This document shows positions 27,137-32,000 of a stretch of DNA of 32,000 bases, one piece after another. The stretch comes from Mycolicibacterium smegmatis. Its GTDB lineage: Bacteria; Actinomycetota; Actinomycetes; Mycobacteriales; Mycobacteriaceae. The DNA lies in assembly GCF_001457595.1 (NCBI RefSeq), contig NZ_LN831039.1:5670001-5702000 (forward strand). Direction: 5' to 3'. How positions within the stretch are numbered: position 1 is the first letter of the stretch; every line of letters starts with the position of its first letter. The notes beneath the pieces are model-generated. The model was not told the DNA's origin, made no database searches, and worked only from the letters and a program-made list of their open reading frames with translations. The position numbers and the translations under genes are program-made.

Positions 27137-27757
27137 GTGGGACGTCATCGCGAGTTCGATGTGGACAAGGCGCTGGACGCTGCGCTGTGTGTGTTCTGGC
27201 GCAAAGGGTACGAAGGCGCGTCGTACAGCGATCTGACGCAGGCCACCGGTGTCGAGCGGCCGGCGCTGTACTCGGCGTTCGGCAACAAAGAGGCACTGTT
27301 CCTGCGTGCGCTCGATCGCTACTACGAGCGCTACATGGACTTCATCCCCGTCGCGCTCGAACAGCCGACGTCACGCGAGGTCGCCGAACACCTCCTGCGG
27401 TCCGCCGCCGACCTCAACACCCGCTACCCGGACCACACGGGCTGCCTCGGTGTACAGGGCTGCCTCGTCGGCACCGACGACTCCGAGCCGATCCGGCGCG
27501 CGCTGGTCGACGCCCGAGCGTCCGGCGAGGCCTCCCTGCGGGCACGCTTCGAGGACGCTCACGCGACGGGCGACCTGCCGAAATCCGCCAACCCGGCAGC
27601 GCTGGCGGCGTTCCTCATGACCGTGCTGCACGGGATGGCCGTCCAGGCCAAGGCCGGGTTCAGCAGGGAAACCCTCGACGCGATCATCGACCAGGCGTTG
27701 TCGAGCTGGCCCACACCGGACCGCGGGTCTGCGGGGAAGGCCACGCGCAAGCGCTGA
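27137..27757 (+). CDS. TetR-family transcriptional regulator
   Basis: REFDVDKALDAALCVFWRKGYEGASYSDLTQATGVERPALYSAFGNKEALFLRALDRYY HTH. Confidence 0.92.
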   Translation: MGRHREFDVDKALDAALCVFWRKGYEGASYSDLTQATGVERPALYSAFGNKEALFLRALDRYYERYMDFIPVALEQPTSREVAEHLLRSAADLNTRYPDHTGCLGVQGCLVGTDDSEPIRRALVDARASGEASLRARFEDAHATGDLPKSANPAALAAFLMTVLHGMAVQAKAGFSRETLDAIIDQALSSWPTPDRGSAGKATRKR

Positions 27758-27837
27758 ACCCCGCGCCGTGCCGCTCCCCTGCCAGCGTCGCGTGGGAGTT
27801 GGGCGGTACGCTGTGCCCGCAGCCTTCGCGGCCGCAC

Positions 27838-27910
27838 GCCCTCGTAGCTCAGGGGATAGAGCACGGCTCTCCTAAAGCCGGTGTCGCAGGTTCGAATCCT
27901 GCCGGGGGCA
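27838..27910 (+). tRNA. tRNA-Arg(CCU)
   Basis: Complete cloverleaf: acceptor GCCCTCG/CGGGGGC, D-stem GCTC/GAGC, anticodon arm CGGCT-CTCCTAA-AGCCG, T-arm GCAGG-TTCGAAT-CCTGC. Confidence 0.97.
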
Positions 27911-27911
27911 C
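27874..27911 (+). repeat. attL-like direct repeat (38 bp) in the 3' half of tRNA-Arg
   Basis: aaagccggtgtcgcaggttcgaatcctgccgggggcac, identical at 30828-30865. Confidence 0.93.
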
Positions 27912-27958
27912 AGGTCAGACATGGTATCTAGCCATTCTGAATAACCACGATCCATCGT

Positions 27959-28486
27959 TTATTCATCGTTTATGGTTCGGTCCAGAAGATCGGCCACGAC
28001 GGTGTGCACCCGCCCACGCGCCATGTGCTTGTCCTGCGTCATCGAGATACGCGAGTGCCCAAGGTGATCAGCACCGATGCGCGCGACAGGCACTCGTCAT
28101 CGATCAGAGTGGCGACCGTCTTGCGGAGCTGTGGCTGGTGGCATCCGGCACGCCCAGGCGGCCCTGACCTCGCGCCACCGGGCCCGAAAGTTGTCCGGGT
28201 CGCGCCACGTGCCGGCAGTCGACGGGAAGATCATCGACTGCTCCCCCAGGTATGGGCGACTGTGCCGCGCGGCCAGGACGGCGGAGTCGAACGTCGGCAG
28301 AGGGACCGTGCGGGTGCCAATCGGATGTTTGCCTGAAACGGCGAACCCACTCCGCACGCCGGTGCGGTTACCAGCGGTTATTCGACCCATCACCCCTCGC
28401 GCCGTCGATGGTGTCGCCGTCTGTCTCGTTGCTGCGCAGTGTTTGGGTGGTAGCCTGCGGCTCATATTCGGGTGTCGAGGGGGCAC
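27959..28486 (-). pseudogene. Tyrosine recombinase/integrase C-terminal remnant with multiple frameshifts
   Basis: RTVPLPTF, PYLGEQSMIFPSTAGTWRDPDNFRARWREVRA (one frame), LRKTVATLIDDE (second frame), RIGADHLGHSRISMTQDKHMARGRVHTVVADLLDRTINDE* (third frame). Confidence 0.85.
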
Positions 28487-28490
28487 GGAG

Positions 28491-28761
28491 ATGTCTGATC
28501 ACCTTTCGGTTGATGGTGACGGTTTGGCGGCGGCTGCGGTCGGCAGTGTGGATATCGCTGAGGCGTTGGCCGCGGCGGGCGCGGTGAACTCTCCGGCCGC
28601 GGGTGTGCAGCCGAGTCAGGCCGGTGAACGCCGCGCTGGCCTCGATACGTGCGCATGCGACCCGTCAAGCTGGCAGACAGGGCAGCGATCTGCACATCGG
28701 TAACGCGCTCTACGTTCATGCCGACGACGCTGCGGCCGATCGCGTCACTCGGACGATATGA
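28491..28761 (+). pseudogene. EspC-like type VII secretion-associated protein, frame-disrupted
   Basis: MSDHLSVDGDGLAAAAVGSVDIAEALAAAGAVNSPAAGVQPSQAG in one frame, then ALASIRAHATRQAGRQGSDLHIGNALYVHADDAAADRVTRTI* in another; frame break near 28620-28630. Confidence 0.65.
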
Positions 28762-29909
28762 GCCCGACAGCAACACCAGCTGAGGGCGGCGAAGGCCTGT
28801 CACGGTCTCGGATCGAATCCTGGGATACGACCCACCTCGAGAACGCGACCGCCCGGTGGCGGGCCACAGCGACCGAGCTGGAAGGGCACTTCGAGCAGTT
28901 GCGTCAGCATGTTCTGGCCCCAGGTGGCACCGAATGGGAAGGGGACGCGAAAGACGCCGCGCTTGAGCGCGCCACCCAAAACCTCAATACGGTGCGCGCA
29001 GCCGGTGACATCGCGCGCTCGGCTGCCGACCTCGCCGAGAACAGCTCCGCTGATATCAGCGCTGCCAAACGTGATGCGCTGCAGTCGATCAGCGACGCCG
29101 AAGCCGATGGGTTCGAAGTCAACGAGGACCTGTCCGTGCGCGACACCAGCCGCGTCGATGTGTCCACAATGGCCGCGCGCTACACCGCCGCCCGCGAGCA
29201 CGCTGAGAACATCCAGTGGAACGCCAACCAGCTCTTGGCGACCGACACGCTGATCGGTCGGCGGCTCACCGCGAAAGCCGCTGAGCTGAACGGAGTTAGG
29301 TTCGACGACGAACCAGAAGGCACGATCCGGGCTGCCAGTTTCGGCGATGGTTTCAAGCAGTCACCGTTTGACGATCTGCTCACCAAAGAGCAGGCACTTG
29401 CGGCGTGGGAGAAGCTTCAAACAGACATCGCTTCCTACAACTCTCGATGCGCCGTAAATATCGTCGGGCCACTCCCGCCGCCGCAATACGCCGCCTGCCA
29501 ACAAGAACTAGCATTCCTGCAGGGCCAGGAGGCCGCACTCAGAGCCAGGCTCGCCGACTTCGGCATCCACCCAGGTGAGGCGCCGTCCAGCACTAGCTCA
29601 GGCGGGGACCTGACCGCGACTGCCACACAAATCGGCGCGGAAATCGCAACTTTCCCACCAGGAACCCGGGCAGACGCGTTAGCGGAGCGAATGACAGGAT
29701 TGCATCTCAATCAGGCCGATGCTGCTCGGGCGACAGACATCGCCGCCGCACGAATCTGGGGCGAGACAGGTGGAACATCGAAGATGCCAGACGGTTCAAT
29801 CATCGTCCTGCCTGCCAACATCCGCCAAACCGACGTGATGAAGGTGTTCCCAGATGGTTCTGTCACGGTGCTACGTGGCGTGGACGTGACTCAGTACTTG
29901 CCGAGATGA
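28758..29909 (+). CDS. WXG100-like/T7SS-type effector candidate with uncharacterised C-terminal region
   Basis: N-term ENATARWRATATELEGHFEQLRQHVLAPGGTEWEGDAKDAALERATQNLNTVRAAGDIARSAADLAEN...DISAAKRDALQSISDAEADGFEVNEDLSV; ATGA overlap with the EspC-like gene. Confidence 0.7.
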   Translation: MSPTATPAEGGEGLSRSRIESWDTTHLENATARWRATATELEGHFEQLRQHVLAPGGTEWEGDAKDAALERATQNLNTVRAAGDIARSAADLAENSSADISAAKRDALQSISDAEADGFEVNEDLSVRDTSRVDVSTMAARYTAAREHAENIQWNANQLLATDTLIGRRLTAKAAELNGVRFDDEPEGTIRAASFGDGFKQSPFDDLLTKEQALAAWEKLQTDIASYNSRCAVNIVGPLPPPQYAACQQELAFLQGQEAALRARLADFGIHPGEAPSSTSSGGDLTATATQIGAEIATFPPGTRADALAERMTGLHLNQADAARATDIAAARIWGETGGTSKMPDGSIIVLPANIRQTDVMKVFPDGSVTVLRGVDVTQYLPR

Positions 29910-30481
29910 CGAAAGGGTATGCCATGAATGCAGTTTCGGCCGATCCGGTTCTCAACTTCGAAGTTTATGTGTTGATGACCATGCGGAATCGCATGACAAA
30001 CAAGAAGGACCAACTGCGAGCCACGTTGTCTAGCCACGGGTTTTCAGTCAAGGACGCAGAACGTGTGCACCGGCAGCTCGCCGAATCACTCGGCGACGAA
30101 GCCTCACGGTATTCCGTTCTCAAGGAATCTCTGGGCGCACGAGCAGACACCGCTAGGTCGTTCGGATTCTCCAGCATCCTATGGCCCAACTTCGACTTCG
30201 AAGCGGCGGCGAACGATGCGGGACTACTTGAGTCGGCACGGTATCGGCATGTTCGGAACCGCTCGGACTTGCCCAATTCACCAAGAGAATTAGCGCTGTG
30301 GAGCGTCGATGCCACCGAGTTCATCGGCCACTTCGGACCCATGACGGGAGGCGAACAATGGCCCCTGTTTCATGAGCTGCTGCCAGCATATGAAGAGTAC
30401 GAATTCCAATGGGATGGGCGGCGTTACGGCGCCGGCTTCAGCTGGGGCCTATTCATGTACGCGGCGGAATACTGGGACTAG
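29906..30481 (+). CDS. Hypothetical protein, putative immunity/partner of the upstream effector
   Basis: Overlaps the effector stop by ATGA; 191 aa, acidic C-terminus YEEYEFQWDGRRYGAGFSWGLFMYAAEYWD; no signal peptide seen. Confidence 0.55.
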   Translation: MTKGYAMNAVSADPVLNFEVYVLMTMRNRMTNKKDQLRATLSSHGFSVKDAERVHRQLAESLGDEASRYSVLKESLGARADTARSFGFSSILWPNFDFEAAANDAGLLESARYRHVRNRSDLPNSPRELALWSVDATEFIGHFGPMTGGEQWPLFHELLPAYEEYEFQWDGRRYGAGFSWGLFMYAAEYWD

Positions 30482-30827
30482 CCCCAGATCCCGCTGGCAT
30501 TGGCCGGAGAACGATGGGTGCATGGCGATAAGTCGATCACGGAAGCGTTTGCTACTGGTATCGATCGGTGCCAGGCCGCGACGGCATGTACTTCCGACAC
30601 GACATCGACACGAATGCGTCCTCAGCAAACAACGTAGACAGGTTTGGACAGGCGACTTGGACGTCCTGAGTGGCACCAACCACTGCCGACTCATTGTTCA
30701 TTCATTCGTTTACAACCAGATAGCAACCGCATTTGGATCGAATCATCGGCATCTATTACACGCGATTCGCCCAGGTCAAGGCCAAATATCGCTGATTCGT
30801 CGGCAGTCACCGGCAACCATCGCTTTC

Positions 30828-30865
30828 AAAGCCGGTGTCGCAGGTTCGAATCCTGCCGGGGGCAC
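30828..30865 (+). repeat. attR-like direct repeat (38 bp) of the tRNA-Arg 3' end
   Basis: Exact copy of 27874-27911. Confidence 0.93.
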
Positions 30866-30884
30866 CCTGTACCAAGATGGATTC

Positions 30885-31301
30885 ATGTGGCCTGAGTGGT
30901 GGTCGATCGCCATCGGAGTGGTCCTGGGCCTCGCCCTCCTGTGGCTCGCATTGGTGGTCGTCTTGTGGGCGACCAAACCGGACGACGTCAGCCTGCGGGA
31001 TGCGATGCGCCTGCTTCCCGATCTGTTGCGACTGTTCAAGCGGCTCGCTGCGGACCCGACGTTGCCGAGGGGTGTCCGCGTCCGTCTGGCACTGTTGCTG
31101 GGTTACCTCGTGTTACCCTTCGATCTCATCCCGGATTTCGTCCCTGTGCTCGGCTACGCCGACGACGCGATCGTCGTCGCCCTCGCCCTGCGCTCGGTGA
31201 CCCGAAGAGCCGGCCCGGCGGCGCTGTCCGAGCACTGGCCCGGAACGCCCGAGGGTCTCCTCGCGGTGCGCCGCCTGTGCCGACTGCCGGACGGCGAATA
31301 G
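30885..31301 (+). CDS. DUF1232/YkvA-family membrane protein
   Basis: MWPEWWSIAIGVVLGLALLWLALVVVLWATKPDD...GYLVLPFDLIPDFVPVLGYADDAIVVALALRSVTRRAG. Confidence 0.85.
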   Translation: MWPEWWSIAIGVVLGLALLWLALVVVLWATKPDDVSLRDAMRLLPDLLRLFKRLAADPTLPRGVRVRLALLLGYLVLPFDLIPDFVPVLGYADDAIVVALALRSVTRRAGPAALSEHWPGTPEGLLAVRRLCRLPDGE

Positions 31302-31310
31302 CGGATGCTG

Positions 31311-31348
31311 CAGTACACCATTTTCTGAATTCAGAAATAGATGTACTG
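31311..31348. promoter_or_regulatory. Large nested palindrome CAGTACA-n4-TTTCTGAATTCAGAAA-n4-TGTACTG
   Basis: Perfect 16-bp core (31322-31337) and outer 7-bp arms share one centre; immediately upstream of the ArsR start. Confidence 0.75.
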
Positions 31349-31355
31349 TCGGCGC

Positions 31356-31694
31356 ATGCAGACCGCCTTGCACACCGACGCGCTCGCACGATTCGGCCAC
31401 GCGCTGTCGGACGTCACCCGCACCCGCATCCTGCTGAGCCTCAACGAGTCCCCGAACTATCCCGCCGACCTGGCCGAACAGCTCGGCGTCTCGCGGCAGA
31501 CACTCTCCAATCACCTGGCTTGCCTGCGTGGATGTGGCCTGGTGGTCGCCGTTCCCGAAGGCAGGCGGACTCGCTATGAGCTGGCCGACGCGCGCATCGG
31601 TCGGGCTCTCGACGACCTCATGGGCCTCGTCTTGGACGTGGATCCGGAGTGCCGATGCGTCGGCCCCGATGGCGCCGTGTGCGGATGCGGATGA
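31356..31694 (+). CDS. ArsR/SmtB-family regulator
   Basis: FGHALSDVTRTRILLSLNESPNYPADLAEQLGVSRQTLSNHLACLRGCGLVVAVPEGRRTRYELAD; Cys-rich tail CRCVGPDGAVCGCG. Confidence 0.92.
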   Translation: MQTALHTDALARFGHALSDVTRTRILLSLNESPNYPADLAEQLGVSRQTLSNHLACLRGCGLVVAVPEGRRTRYELADARIGRALDDLMGLVLDVDPECRCVGPDGAVCGCG

Positions 31695-32000
31695 TGGCCG
31701 ACACCAGCAAGTTGACGCCGACTCGACGCGCGGTGCTGGCACGACGTATCCGGATGTTCGTCGCCGCCACCATCACCTACAACGTCATCGAGGCCGTCGT
31801 GGCGCTGACGGAAGGCGCACGGGTGAGTTCGACCGCACTCATCGGGTTCGGCCTCGACTCCGTCATCGAGGTGTCGTCGGCGGCGGCAGTGGCGTGGCAG
31901 TTCGCCGGCCGCGACCCCGAAGCGCGGGAAAAGGTGGCCCTGCGGATCGTCGCGTTCTCGTTCTTCGGCCTGGCCACCTACGTCGCGGTCGACGCCATCC
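31691..32000 (+). CDS. Cation diffusion facilitator-like transporter (partial, runs off the window)
   Basis: MMADTSKLTPTRRAVLARRIRMFVAATITYNVIEAVVALTEGARVSSTALIGFGLDSVIEVSSAAAVAWQF; ATGA overlap with arsR-type gene. Confidence 0.8.
   Translation, partial: MMADTSKLTPTRRAVLARRIRMFVAATITYNVIEAVVALTEGARVSSTALIGFGLDSVIEVSSAAAVAWQFAGRDPEAREKVALRIVAFSFFGLATYVAVDAI

Larger units (their letters stand above)
27874..30865. mobile_element. Small integrative island at tRNA-Arg(CCU), likely immobilised
   Basis: Flanked by 38-bp direct repeats of the tRNA 3' end, with integrase remnant adjacent to the tRNA. Confidence 0.85.

Noticed and set aside
28077-28703. 208-aa + strand ORF as one gene
   Set aside because: Its first two thirds are antisense to the integrase remnant; only the MSDHLSVDG... 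segment from 28491 is meaningful.
30372-31301. 309-aa single ORF as one protein
   Set aside because: It reads through the attR repeat (peptide FKAGVAGSNPAGGT is tRNA-encoded) and merges noncoding DNA with the DUF1232 gene, which starts at 30885.

Overview
High-GC mycobacterial chromosome segment. The Ku protein and surrounding gene content look like Mycolicibacterium smegmatis or a close relative; this is inferred from protein sequence, not from a search. Core genes are polyol dehydrogenase, PfkB kinase, MarR, Ku, a YwaF-type membrane protein, SDRs, a diaminopentanoate-dehydrogenase-like enzyme, an Nramp transporter, a gamma-glutamylcyclotransferase/poly-gamma-glutamate-hydrolase fusion, a YbdK-type carboxylate-amine ligase, an LLM oxidoreductase, a MarR/Rieske-GltS/Rieske-TPP operon, SDR, TetR, DUF1232, ArsR and CDF. 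Two accessory blocks stand out. (1) About 7.43-13.85 kb: an island that appears to split a DUF222/HNH (13E12-family) gene. It carries an McrA-like HNH nuclease, two HEPN-motif proteins, membrane-anchored unknown proteins, a phage Mu-I-like fragment, tRNA-like fragments, and an IS3-family element whose end supplies the stop codon of the truncated DUF222 gene. (2) 27.87-30.87 kb: a small island bounded by an exact 38-bp repeat of the tRNA-Arg(CCU) 3' end. It contains a frameshifted tyrosine integrase remnant and an EspC-like / WXG-like effector / putative immunity cassette linked to type VII secretion. Several operator-like palindromes and two identical KstR-consensus sites are also visible.
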